Below, one piece after another: positions 1 through 8,351 of a DNA stretch of 42,311 nucleotides. Source of the stretch: a virus (Duplodnaviria; Caudoviricetes). Below the pieces are notes generated by a model. The model was given only the letters and a program-made list of their open reading frames with translations, had not been told where the DNA came from and made no database searches. Within the stretch, counting starts at the first letter, position 1. Every line of letters begins with the position of its first letter. The DNA is taken from IMG/VR virus record IMGVR_UViG_3300037420_000294, positions 1 to 42,311 of that record; one strand, written 5' to 3'. A program made the translations under genes and the position numbers.

Positions 1-171
1 GCGCTCCAACCGATAGCGATAGCGCCCGCAATCCGAGATGATCGCCGATTGCTCGCCGAACAGACCCGGCATCTCGATTGCGACCTGAACTGGTCCAGGG
101 ACGCCACGCTCGTTGCAGTGCAACCGCAGCGGCGCGCTCTCGATCTCTCGCCATACTGGGGAAGTGGTCAT
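1..171 (-). CDS. 5' part of a DUF1643-like phage protein (runs off the window)
   Basis: Hand translation from the ATG at 171 gives MTTSPVWREIESAP...SAIISDCGRYRYRLER. The last stretch resembles the DUF1643 N-terminus. Not in the ORF track because it has no stop in the window. Confidence 0.55.
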   Translation of the reverse strand, partial: MTTSPVWREIESAPLRLHCNERGVPGPVQVAIEMPGLFGEQSAIISDCGRYRYRLER

Positions 172-194
172 GGGAAAGCGTCCCCCCGGTCCCG

Positions 195-207
195 TAAGCC
201 ATTGATA
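195..207 (-). promoter_or_regulatory. IHF-binding consensus in the att arm
   Basis: The minus strand reads TATCAATGGCTTA, matching WATCAA-N4-TTR. It lies between the left arm site and the core. Confidence 0.6.
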
Positions 208-266
208 TTCAACGCGCGGAACAGAACGGGAAAAGCGGGACGCGCCGTTGATTTCACAGGGAAATC

Positions 267-312
267 CCCTTTCACGGCGAAAACACGGGTTCGAGTCCCG
301 TTGGGGTCACCA
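267..312 (+). mobile_element. Attachment core (attP-like): 3' half of tRNA-Glu(TTC)
   Basis: CCCTTTCACGGCGAAAACACGGGTTCGAGTCCCGTTGGGGTCACCA contains the anticodon loop, T-arm and CCA. There is no tRNA 5' half upstream. It is adjacent to the integrase stop. Confidence 0.85.
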
Positions 313-322
313 AGGCTTGAAA

Positions 323-1378
323 TCATTGGGATTTTCCGGGCGCAGAAGCAGCCCGTCCCCCCGGCCGTCCCCCCGCAATCGAGAGGACGCGTCCCCCCTT
401 CACCTTTTCGGCGACGCCGCGGGCGATCATAAATGCCCGCTTGCGCTTGGTGTAATGGCGCACCGTTTCCGGCGTCATGCCGCAAATTGCGCCGATCTCC
501 GTATCGCTGAGGCCGAGCTCGGCGAGGTAGCATGCGGCGTTTTTCCTGAGGCCGTGAAAGCTGTAACCCTCATGGCCAATCGCCTTCATCAGATCCCGGA
601 TGCGCTCGCCCAGCGTGCGCCTGGACGCGAACGGCTTGCCCAACCGGTCGTAGAGGATGGTGACGGCCTTGCGCGGCACCTTGGCGATCTCGGCCAGCCA
701 TAGCGGGTGCATCGGCACCGCGACGTCGACCTTCCGCTTCTCGGTCGTGAACTGCATCATCGCGCCGTCGTGCCAGCCGTGCTGCATCCGGACGCAATCG
801 CCGATCCGGGCGCCGCTGCAGAGGCCCGTGATGATCGCCAGCCGCGTCATCGCCGACGCCTTGTCCAGCGCCGCCTCGAGCACCTCGGCCGGCCACGGCT
901 CATGTTCGCCGATCGGCAGCGCCGTGATCCCAAGTGCCGGATTGTCGCGGCGCCAGCCTTTCTTCGCGGCGAAGCTCATCAGCGCCTTGAACACGGTCAG
1001 CCAGTTGTTCGCCTTGCCGGGTTTGTCCTGGTACTTATCGCGCATGTCGTAAATGCGCGCGACGGTGACGCCTGTGACCGAGCGCTTGCCGTGCTCGGCA
1101 ACGATCATGTCGAGATAACGACCGTAATTTCCGCGCGTGCTCGCGGCCGGGATCAGCCGGTATTCCGGGCTCGCCCGATAGGCGGCGACCAGTGCGGCGA
1201 GCGAGCCAGCATCCGGCTTGTCACGCTCGGTTTCATTGGCGGCCTCGGCATAAGCGCGGGCATGGTCAGGATGCCACGGAGGCGGCAGGCGGAGATATTC
1301 GTCGCGGCCGTTGACCTTGCGGCGGTAGTAGAAGCGACCGCCCTTCTGGCACAGGTTCTTCACCTGAAGTCCGCCCAT
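323..1378 (-). CDS. int: Tyrosine integrase
   Basis: Catalytic motifs GARIGD, FHGLR and RHY; N-terminal arm-binding-like region; next to the att core. Confidence 0.95.
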   Translation of the reverse strand: MGGLQVKNLCQKGGRFYYRRKVNGRDEYLRLPPPWHPDHARAYAEAANETERDKPDAGSLAALVAAYRASPEYRLIPAASTRGNYGRYLDMIVAEHGKRSVTGVTVARIYDMRDKYQDKPGKANNWLTVFKALMSFAAKKGWRRDNPALGITALPIGEHEPWPAEVLEAALDKASAMTRLAIITGLCSGARIGDCVRMQHGWHDGAMMQFTTEKRKVDVAVPMHPLWLAEIAKVPRKAVTILYDRLGKPFASRRTLGERIRDLMKAIGHEGYSFHGLRKNAACYLAELGLSDTEIGAICGMTPETVRHYTKRKRAFMIARGVAEKVKGGRVLSIAGGRPGGRAASAPGKSQ

Positions 1379-1608
1379 GTCGGATCATCCCCGTCCGCGT
1401 CCGCGATTCCGAACTGAGCGGCGACGTATAGATCAAGCTGGCGCTTTGCCCATAGCCGACGACGGCCCTCGCAAACGGGCTGCGGGTATGTGCCCTTCTT
1501 CACGCGCTCGCGGAACATGGTCAGCGAGACCGCGAGATAGTCGGCCGCCATCGACTCACCCATCCGCGCAGGCCAGTCCGGCATCAAGGCGATGCGCTCG
1601 GGTTTCAC
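1360..1608 (-). CDS. xis: Excisionase / AlpA-like HTH
   Basis: 82 aa with AADYLAVS...YPQPV..GRRRLW pattern; overlaps the int start. Confidence 0.75.
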   Translation of the reverse strand: MKPERIALMPDWPARMGESMAADYLAVSLTMFRERVKKGTYPQPVCEGRRRLWAKRQLDLYVAAQFGIADADGDDPTWADFR

Positions 1609-2180
1609 CCCCCGATCGCCTCCTTCGCTTCCTTGCGGGCGGCGTTGAGCTCGGACATTTTCTCGTGGGAGCCGCCCTTGTCTGGGTGAACCGCAGCGGC
1701 TGTCGCTCGATATGCCGCGTCGATCTCAGCAGTCGTCACATGCGCGGATTTGATGCCGAGCACCTCGCGCCAACTCCGCTTACCCTCCGGAGCGGGAAGC
1801 GCGGTGAAGCCCTTGAACGTCTGCCTGACGACGTGCAGCCCGCCGTGGCGCATTTCCGTCCGGCGCGCCTCGAGCACATGATGGATCGCCTGAAGGTTGT
1901 CCTCAGGCTTGGGATAGCGGTCGACGGCAATGCAGCGCTGCTGGCCGTCCCATTCGAACCACACCGCGACTCCGGTGTCTGGCGGCCGGTCATTGCCAAG
2001 CGTGACGTTCGAGCTGATCGAAAGCGCGCTCACCGCCTTGCCGCTGTCGCGCCCGAACGCCTCCAACGACTTGCGGACGTTGTTCAGCGCGGCGTTCAAT
2101 GTCGTGCGGAATTGCGACGTCACCTTGCGCTCGGTCCGCGGCAGTCCATCCGGCCATGCGAGGGGATAGGCGGGGATCAT
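1605..2180 (-). CDS. Phage protein with C-terminal J domain
   Basis: Start MIPAYPLAWP overlaps the methyltransferase stop (ATGA). C-terminus WREVLG...HPDKGG...ELNAA is a J-domain HPD motif. Confidence 0.85.
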   Translation of the reverse strand: MIPAYPLAWPDGLPRTERKVTSQFRTTLNAALNNVRKSLEAFGRDSGKAVSALSISSNVTLGNDRPPDTGVAVWFEWDGQQRCIAVDRYPKPEDNLQAIHHVLEARRTEMRHGGLHVVRQTFKGFTALPAPEGKRSWREVLGIKSAHVTTAEIDAAYRATAAAVHPDKGGSHEKMSELNAARKEAKEAIGG

Positions 2181-4480
2181 GCTGCCTCGCTTTCCGGATC
2201 TTCGACGATTGCACTGACGGCATTCGCCGCGACCAGCGCCCTGGCCAGCGGCGGACAGACGCTGTTTCCGCACTTGGCCTGCTGCGCCGTTTCGGTGATG
2301 CGCCGGCCTTCGGCGTCGCGGTCGATGATGTAGTGGTGCCGAACTTCAAGCTCGACGAATGAATTGCCCGTCTGTGTTGGCGCGAGAGTGGACGAAGCGA
2401 TGGCATCGACCACAAAGCAAGATAAGATTATCAGCGTCGAGGCGGAGGTCCGGGAACTTGGTCCAACCGGCGATGTGATGGACTTCGTATCCGCGATCTC
2501 CGTAACGGTGACGCGTACCGCATCGTCCGCAGGTCGCGTTGTCGCGTCGCCAAATTCGCCTACAGAGCTGCCGCCAAGCATCGCTGGAGTGGAAGCGCTG
2601 GCGCTCGGTCGTTCGAAGTGGATCGGTTCGCTCGCGCCGTCGCCGTTCGACGGCGCAAGCGTTTGAGCAGCAGACACGATCTCGATAGGCAGGGGAACGC
2701 AAACGCTCTCGCCCGCAGACGGGGCATCGCTGGCGCAGCTTTTTGGACTGCTTAGCTGAAGAACCTGCCGCCCTAAGTCGATCAGCGCATGCACGGCTGC
2801 AAGTTCGCTTGGGCCGCGAGTTGATGATGACGAAGAATGCGGTTCCGCAGACTTCGCAGGGTCGATCTTCGCGGTCGCAAACTCGTGGCCGTCCACCGGC
2901 AGGATTATTGGGTCTCGCCATAAGTTCATCCTGTAGTTGCGGCTCCAGAATGGGAATCCCTGCGCGTTGAACTGCTCGCGCTTGGTCAGCATCCGCATGC
3001 CGATGTCGATGATCGCCCATTCTTCGCCTTCGACGGTGACGATCACCAGCCCGAAGCGGTCACGCGTGGTGACGGTCCCGAGCGGCCCGTTGGGGTCATG
3101 ACCTTCTTCCTCGTTCCCGTAATATTTCAGCAGGAAGGCGCGGACCTCGGCGAAGTGCGATCCGCCGGCGCTCACCGTGTGCAGCGGTTCGTCGACCGCC
3201 TGCCCGTCGGCGCACGTGCCGCGCAGCTTGACGAGGTTCGACGTCACCAGCGCCTGGTGCGGTCCCTTGGTCGTGACGACGCTGAGCGGATCGTCGAGCG
3301 GCTTGCCCGGATGCTCGGAAACGCCGCGGTCATTGTTGTATTGCGCGAGGAACGCCGTCACGAGCGCGTGCTTCGTGCCACCGGCAACGACAGTGCCGAA
3401 CGGAGCCTCTGCATCCATGCAGCGCGGCGCTTGCCCTTGGCGCTCGCCATTGCCCCGATGGATCAGACACGCGGACACCAGCCCGAGCGGACCCGAGCCG
3501 CCCGGGCGCTTGATGAAGCTGTTGGCCGTCACCGTCGCGAGCGGCTCGTCGATTGCATGTCCGGTAGCGCCGGAGCGGAACTTGGTGATGTGCGGCGTGA
3601 CGACGGCGAACTCGGGACTGGCGAGCACCGTCGGCAACGGCTCGTCGATCGGATGTTCGCCGCGCCCGCGCTTCTTGCCGCTCGCGTCACGCTCGCCGTG
3701 CGCCACGCGGACGATGAACGGCTTGGGATTTTCGAGCACGTAGCGGACGATCCCGCGCGCGATGCGCCGGCAGGTCGCTTCCGCGAGCGGCTTCTTGCGC
3801 TCGAAGATCGACGGACATGGGATCGACCAGTCGATGATTTCGGCGGCCGTGCGCCAAGGCAGGCGCTTGCCGGAGAGGACCTCTGGGCTGTCCGGACGCC
3901 CATGCGTCGGTTCGGGCCACACGATCGGCAGGCCGTCGCGCCGGGCAATCATGAAGAAGCGCTTGCGGATCGTCGGCGCGCCGTAATCGCACGCGCGCAG
4001 CTCGCGAAACTGAAGCTTGTAGCCGGCCTTGCGCAGCGAGCGGCACCATTTGTCGAAGGTCTCGCCCGCGCGTTCCTTGATCGGCTGTCCATCGAAGCCG
4101 AGCGGGCCCCACGTGCGGAACTCCTCGACGTTCTCGATCAGGATCAGCTGCGGCTTGACGCGCTGCGCCCACAGTACCACGATCCATGCGAGATCGCGGA
4201 TGCTCTTCTCGCGCGGCTTGCCGCCTTTGGCCTTGCTGAAATGCTTGCAGTCGGGGCTGAACCAGGCGAGCTCGACCGGCTTGCCCTCGGTGACGGCGAG
4301 CGGGTCGACCTTCCAGATATTGTTACGGATGTGCCGAGTTCCTGGGTGATTGACCTCGTGCATCCGGATCGCTTCTTCGTCGTGGTTGATGGCGATATCG
4401 ACCGCGCGGCCGAGCGCTTGTTCGATCCCGGTCGAGGCTCCGCCACCGCCGGCGAAATTGTCGACGATGAGGCCGCTCAC
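2177..4480 (-). CDS. C5-cytosine DNA methyltransferase with an in-frame insertion of about 205 aa
   Basis: Motifs DNFAGGGG (I), SPDC (IV), ENV (VI), RKRFF (VIII), RMLT.RE...QGFP (IX) and GNSV (X). The insertion lies between QGFP and YIID. Confidence 0.92.
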   Translation of the reverse strand: MSGLIVDNFAGGGGASTGIEQALGRAVDIAINHDEEAIRMHEVNHPGTRHIRNNIWKVDPLAVTEGKPVELAWFSPDCKHFSKAKGGKPREKSIRDLAWIVVLWAQRVKPQLILIENVEEFRTWGPLGFDGQPIKERAGETFDKWCRSLRKAGYKLQFRELRACDYGAPTIRKRFFMIARRDGLPIVWPEPTHGRPDSPEVLSGKRLPWRTAAEIIDWSIPCPSIFERKKPLAEATCRRIARGIVRYVLENPKPFIVRVAHGERDASGKKRGRGEHPIDEPLPTVLASPEFAVVTPHITKFRSGATGHAIDEPLATVTANSFIKRPGGSGPLGLVSACLIHRGNGERQGQAPRCMDAEAPFGTVVAGGTKHALVTAFLAQYNNDRGVSEHPGKPLDDPLSVVTTKGPHQALVTSNLVKLRGTCADGQAVDEPLHTVSAGGSHFAEVRAFLLKYYGNEEEGHDPNGPLGTVTTRDRFGLVIVTVEGEEWAIIDIGMRMLTKREQFNAQGFPFWSRNYRMNLWRDPIILPVDGHEFATAKIDPAKSAEPHSSSSSTRGPSELAAVHALIDLGRQVLQLSSPKSCASDAPSAGESVCVPLPIEIVSAAQTLAPSNGDGASEPIHFERPSASASTPAMLGGSSVGEFGDATTRPADDAVRVTVTEIADTKSITSPVGPSSRTSASTLIILSCFVVDAIASSTLAPTQTGNSFVELEVRHHYIIDRDAEGRRITETAQQAKCGNSVCPPLARALVAANAVSAIVEDPESEAA
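2346..2921 (-). CDS. HNH endonuclease with N-terminal Zn-finger repeats, nested inside the methyltransferase gene
   Basis: AGGA-N7-ATG start at 2921. Motifs CxxC/CSxxC, RDNATCGRCG, EVHHI, DNLILLCGRCH. Confidence 0.88.
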   Translation of the reverse strand: MARPNNPAGGRPRVCDREDRPCEVCGTAFFVIINSRPKRTCSRACADRLRAAGSSAKQSKKLRQRCPVCGRERLRSPAYRDRVCCSNACAVERRRRERTDPLRTTERQRFHSSDAWRQLCRRIWRRDNATCGRCGTRHRYGDRGYEVHHIAGWTKFPDLRLDADNLILLCGRCHRFVHSRANTDGQFIRRA

Positions 4481-4701
4481 CGCAACCGATCCCTTCCGCT
4501 CATTTCGAGGGCAGACGCCTTCGCGTAATCGTCGGCGATTGCGGCCATGACTTCGATCTCGCGATCGGCGTCGACCTGCTTCATCTTCCCTTCGGCGACG
4601 CGGCGGGCATAGACGCGCTTACGAAAGTCGAGCTCGCGGCGCGCGCATGCCTCCTTGTCGCGGAAGGTGATCTTGTCGCCGGGTGCGAAGAGGTCAGCCA
4701 T
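4477..4701 (-). CDS. Hypothetical phage protein
   Basis: MADLF...ARRELDFRKRVY; start/stop overlaps with both neighbours. Confidence 0.7.
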   Translation of the reverse strand: MADLFAPGDKITFRDKEACARRELDFRKRVYARRVAEGKMKQVDADREIEVMAAIADDYAKASALEMSGRDRLR

Positions 4702-4904
4702 CACGCCGCGACCATCTGCCGACGGACAACACCACCGCCCTTCCCAAAGCCGATCACGCGCGGGGCCGGCTTGCCCGAACTGTCCGCCAACGGCAGCGCG
4801 GTCGAACAGAAGACACACTCTGCACTGACCCGTCCGACCAGCCATTGCGAACGACCGCAGCCGGGACAGTGGTTCGTCTCGCCTTGGTGATATCGGGCGA
4901 TCAT
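4701..4904 (-). CDS. Small Zn-ribbon protein
   Basis: CPGC...CVFC; ATGA overlap with the upstream gene. Confidence 0.65.
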   Translation of the reverse strand: MIARYHQGETNHCPGCGRSQWLVGRVSAECVFCSTALPLADSSGKPAPRVIGFGKGGGVVRRQMVAA

Positions 4905-5059
4905 GCCGCGGCCCTCCGATGCTTGCACCCAACGTCAGCCCTCGCGCCGCATCTGAAGCATGGCTCGCGGTCGACGCGCTCGGCGATGCGGCCGAACGTT
5001 GCCGCGCGGTTCATCCATGCTTCGGCCTGGCGCTCGATGAGGAGACGGGCGTCGGTCAC
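4901..5059 (-). CDS. Small Cys-rich hypothetical protein
   Basis: GTG start overlaps the recT stop; PCFRCGARADVGCKH. Confidence 0.6.
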   Translation of the reverse strand: MTDARLLIERQAEAWMNRAATFGRIAERVDREPCFRCGARADVGCKHRRAAA

Positions 5060-6147
5060 TTGGCAGGCTCCGTCTGCTTCGCGCGCGCCGCGATGATCGC
5101 GTTCTTGCGCTTGTCCGCGGCGATCTCGACGCTGGCGCCGAGCTCGTCCGGCATCACCTCGATGTCCGCCTTGAAGCGCGACACGATGCTGGTCACGTCG
5201 ATGACGGCATTCGCTTCGTTGATCTCGGCGATGATCTCTGACGCCTTCGCCTCGGCGGGGCTGGGCCCATCGTCGACCGGCTCCAGTCCGAATGCGTCGG
5301 TTTCCTGCTCGATCTCGGCCTCGATCTCTTCGGCCTGTTCTTCGATCACTTCCTCGGCTTGCGCCTCTTCGGCACCGGCGTCGATGTGATGCTCGATCGC
5401 GTCGAGCCGGCTCATTGCCGGCTGCGGCTCGGGCTGGCGCTCGCGGCTGATCCGCTGAGTCGCCTCGGCATCGACCTGCAGCGTCTCGTCGCGGCTGAAA
5501 ATCTGCTCCTCGAGGTCGGTCGACATCGGTAGGCGCTTCGACAGGCGGCGCATCACTGTCTTGCGCGCCATTTCCGACCACCATGCGACCCATGGCCCGT
5601 TCTTCGCGGCGCGGCTTACGGAGCGCACCTTCTCGATCTCCTCGAGGCTCATGACCTCGAGCATTTTCGAGCCGTCCTTGAGCACGGCCGTCGCATAGGC
5701 TCCGATCGGCTCGCCGCGCGGCTTGTCGAGCGCAGGCGGAATGTGCTCCACGTCCTCGTCGAAGCCGTAGCTGATCGTGAACTGGTCGTTCGAATAGACG
5801 ACGTGAGCGCTGACCCGGGCAACTTCGCCGGACTGGCGGATGCGCTTCAGGATGCCGCCGATCATCGGCATGGCCTGGGCCTTGTTGCCGAACATCACGA
5901 CTGCGGCCTCGCGCCCATCGGGAAGCAATCCATCCTGGGCGAGCTTGACGAACGCGCCGAACAGCGAACGACGGTCGGCAGTCGCGAGCGCGGGCGTGTT
6001 CTGGATCGCCGTCAGTGCGACGCGCTTGAACTTTTCGACCGGAATGTGCGGCGGAAGCGCGGCCTTGAACTCGGGCTCCATGACCTGAAGGTTCTGCCGA
6101 ATGACGGCGACGGGGTTGGCCGTGTGCTCGGCAATCTGGGTAGCCAT
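5056..6147 (-). CDS. recT: RecT-family single-strand annealing protein
   Basis: LAQDGLLPDGREA and PW..WW.EMARKTVMRRLSKRLP motifs; start MATQ follows a GGAG RBS. Confidence 0.92.
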   Translation of the reverse strand: MATQIAEHTANPVAVIRQNLQVMEPEFKAALPPHIPVEKFKRVALTAIQNTPALATADRRSLFGAFVKLAQDGLLPDGREAAVVMFGNKAQAMPMIGGILKRIRQSGEVARVSAHVVYSNDQFTISYGFDEDVEHIPPALDKPRGEPIGAYATAVLKDGSKMLEVMSLEEIEKVRSVSRAAKNGPWVAWWSEMARKTVMRRLSKRLPMSTDLEEQIFSRDETLQVDAEATQRISRERQPEPQPAMSRLDAIEHHIDAGAEEAQAEEVIEEQAEEIEAEIEQETDAFGLEPVDDGPSPAEAKASEIIAEINEANAVIDVTSIVSRFKADIEVMPDELGASVEIAADKRKNAIIAARAKQTEPAK

Positions 6148-6148
6148 T

Positions 6149-7078
6149 TCAATTCTGCTCCTTGACGGTGATTCTACGGTAGCCGCGGCGGCCTTTGATG
6201 ATCTCGCCGGGCTTGGCTTCGCGATCGGCGACGGCGGCAACATCGGTCGCCCGCAGCATGAAGCCGTTGATGAGACCGACCGACGCGGCGCCGAGCTTGT
6301 CGAGCAGCTCGGCCTTCGCGGCGTCCTCGTCGGCTTGCGCTTTGGTCCGCGCCTCTCGCGCCCAAAGGTAGCGAGCGGCGGCATCGGCAGCGAGATTGTC
6401 GGTGCGCAGATCGATCGTCTCGCCGGTGCCCTCGCGGGTCAGCTCGGTGATCGTCGCAAGGTCGCGCGTGTAATCGGCTGGCGGCGGATCGTTCGCTTCG
6501 ACGCTCTGCCAAAACTCGGCGACGCGGCGCTCGATCTCGGCATAGATCTTCGGCCGGAAGTTGTAGCGGAAGCGTTCCAGCTTGTTCCCGCCCACCAGCA
6601 CGAGCACATCGCCCCACTCAACGCCGTCGAGCCCTTGGTATGCCTGGCTCTGCAGTAGATAATGCTCCGGCGGCTCGTCGCCCCATCCCTTGCGGACCAA
6701 CCAGTCGGCGGTCTTGATCTCGAGGATGCCCGGGCCGCGCTCGGGACAGATCACGCGCCGGTCGGGATGCCCGCCCAGGCCCTTGCCGTTGGACAGCCGG
6801 CCAACCTGTTCGCGGTCGATGTAACCGTAGCGCTCCTTCGCGGCTTCGATGATCGCCGCTTCGAGCCGAACGCCCCAATAGATGCGCTCGTTGTCAGGTG
6901 TGCCGTCGTCCGACATCGCGTTGAACTCTGGCGTGTCGATATTGCCCTTCTTGCGGTGCCAGAGCTCGAAGCGCGTCAGGTAGGACGAGCAATCGAATAG
7001 CGCGGCGGCTTCCGATGCGCCGACGTGCGCCGCGCGGAACTGCGCTTCGTCGATCGTGCTGGCGACGGACGCGTTCAC
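6149..7078 (-). CDS. YqaJ / lambda-exonuclease family recombinase
   Basis: VGASE, WG..LE, GHPD...LEIKT and Y.LQ.Q motifs; paired with recT. Confidence 0.9.
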   Translation of the reverse strand: MNASVASTIDEAQFRAAHVGASEAAALFDCSSYLTRFELWHRKKGNIDTPEFNAMSDDGTPDNERIYWGVRLEAAIIEAAKERYGYIDREQVGRLSNGKGLGGHPDRRVICPERGPGILEIKTADWLVRKGWGDEPPEHYLLQSQAYQGLDGVEWGDVLVLVGGNKLERFRYNFRPKIYAEIERRVAEFWQSVEANDPPPADYTRDLATITELTREGTGETIDLRTDNLAADAAARYLWAREARTKAQADEDAAKAELLDKLGAASVGLINGFMLRATDVAAVADREAKPGEIIKGRRGYRRITVKEQN

Positions 7079-7293
7079 TTGCGTTCCTCCGCGCTTGTTA
7101 CGGTCGGGACGGTGAGAGAAGCCTCGCGCTGTCGATCAGCTAACAGTTCCGGATCGCCGCCCGGCTTCGCGATGCAGAGGACGCTGTTGAACTGGAACTC
7201 GACGTCCCATTCGCAAGCGTCCGCGAACCGCTGAGCGTTCCGGCACGCATCGTTAAGGTCCTCGCAGGGTTCGACGATCAACTGCAGCTTCAC
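7075..7293 (-). CDS. Hypothetical protein
   Basis: 72 aa with GTGA overlaps on both sides. Confidence 0.6.
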   Translation of the reverse strand: MKLQLIVEPCEDLNDACRNAQRFADACEWDVEFQFNSVLCIAKPGGDPELLADRQREASLTVPTVTSAEERK

Positions 7294-7646
7294 AGCGCGT
7301 CTCCCATGATCGCCGCGCCGTCGATTGTGCAGACCGGCGCCAGATAGAGATCGCGCACCGCGCGGGTGACGTGCTCGCGATGGACGTAGCGAGCGGTCGA
7401 TTTCCGCTTCACGGCGAACAGGTGGACTTTGACGCCTCGCGCACCGGTCTCGCGGATCGCCAGATGATCCTTGTGCTGGAACGCGCGCAGCGTGACGGCC
7501 TGGGTCATCGCTTCGTCGAGCGAGCCGGCGTCGAGCCCGTCGATCGCGTAGGTGCGGCCGGTGTCGTCGCTGATCTGGAACGCGGCGTAGGTCGTCTCGA
7601 TGTAGGGCTCGGCGTGCTGCGCAACCGCTGTCAGGTGCGGAGGCAT
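7290..7646 (-). CDS. Hypothetical protein
   Basis: Start MPPHL via TAATG overlap with a GGAGG RBS. Confidence 0.6.
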   Translation of the reverse strand: MPPHLTAVAQHAEPYIETTYAAFQISDDTGRTYAIDGLDAGSLDEAMTQAVTLRAFQHKDHLAIRETGARGVKVHLFAVKRKSTARYVHREHVTRAVRDLYLAPVCTIDGAAIMGDAL

Positions 7647-7903
7647 TATGCCCGCCCTCCCTCGCGAAACGGCGACTTGCACTGTCGCGGGTACTGACGG
7701 GGTGCGAACACGGTCACGACGTTCTCGCCGTCGAGCACCAGGCGCGCACCACAGGCGAGACGGACGATCGAACAACCGAAGCCAGCCGCGGCCTTGATCG
7801 CACGATGCGCGGCCATGATGCGGGCCTTGGCTTCGTCCAGCGTGCAGGGCTCAACCCGCTGCTGATAGCGCTCGCAGGCGTGATGATAGACATGGATGCT
7901 CAT
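7646..7903 (-). CDS. Hypothetical protein
   Basis: 85 aa with HACERYQQRV...NVVTV pattern; coupled to neighbours. Confidence 0.65.
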   Translation of the reverse strand: MSIHVYHHACERYQQRVEPCTLDEAKARIMAAHRAIKAAAGFGCSIVRLACGARLVLDGENVVTVFAPRQYPRQCKSPFREGGRA

Positions 7904-8061
7904 GCCGCGTCCTTTCGTGCTTCACGGAATGGATCGCCGCGGACGTGCGTCATCTGCTCGGCTTCTTCGGCCCGGCACTTGCGGCACAGGCTGTTGCCAC
8001 CTTCGCGGCCGTAAGGGTCGACGCGCGCGTCGCAGCGCGGACAGCGGGGGACCATGCTCAT
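7900..8061 (-). CDS. 53-aa Zn-finger microprotein
   Basis: Hand translation MSMVPRCPRCD...LCRKCR...KDAA; overlaps neighbours on both sides; below the ORF track cutoff. Confidence 0.6.
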   Translation of the reverse strand: MSMVPRCPRCDARVDPYGREGGNSLCRKCRAEEAEQMTHVRGDPFREARKDAA

Positions 8062-8282
8062 CAGAAGCCCGCCGCGGCGACGAGGCCGCCGATGAACACG
8101 GTCATCGCGATCATGATGAACACGCCGATCCAGCCGCCGATGCCGGGTTCTTCGGCAATCGGCTGACGGTCGTTCGCGACGAAGCGGTCGATCAGGCTGA
8201 CCGGCTTACGCTCTAGAATTTGATCGAGCGTACCGGCGCGCATCCGGTGGACGCGGCGGGTCGGAATTTCGTCGTGGCGCAT
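8061..8282 (-). CDS. Small membrane protein, first gene of the leftward operon
   Basis: C-terminal hydrophobic helix; AAGGA RBS; downstream of the PL-like promoter. Confidence 0.65.
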   Translation of the reverse strand: MRHDEIPTRRVHRMRAGTLDQILERKPVSLIDRFVANDRQPIAEEPGIGGWIGVFIMIAMTVFIGGLVAAAGF

Positions 8283-8310
8283 GGCCCATCCTTTCGTTCG
8301 GATGGGTCAC

Positions 8311-8339
8311 TAAGTAGGACGCGTCCTACCAACTGTCAA
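8311..8339 (-). promoter_or_regulatory. PL-like promoter containing operator GTAGGACGCGTCCTAC
   Basis: TTGACA-N17-TACTTA; perfect 16-bp palindrome at 8314-8329. Confidence 0.8.
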
Positions 8340-8351
8340 GCGAGGTTTTTT

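Larger units (their letters stand above)
179..399 (+). repeat. Integrase arm-type repeats CGTCCCCCC(G/T), 4 copies flanking the att core
   Basis: CGTCCCCCCG at 179-188, 354-363 and 366-375; CGTCCCCCCT at 390-399. Confidence 0.7.

Noticed and set aside
240-312. Complete tRNA-Glu gene
   Set aside because: No acceptor 5' strand or D-arm, and the anticodon stem breaks after 2 bp. It is an att core only.
2333-2950. Intein or group I intron explaining the methyltransferase insert
   Set aside because: No Cys/Ser start or His-Asn plus Cys/Ser/Thr end. The nuclease is in a different frame, and only about 30 and 13 nt flank it, too little for a ribozyme core.
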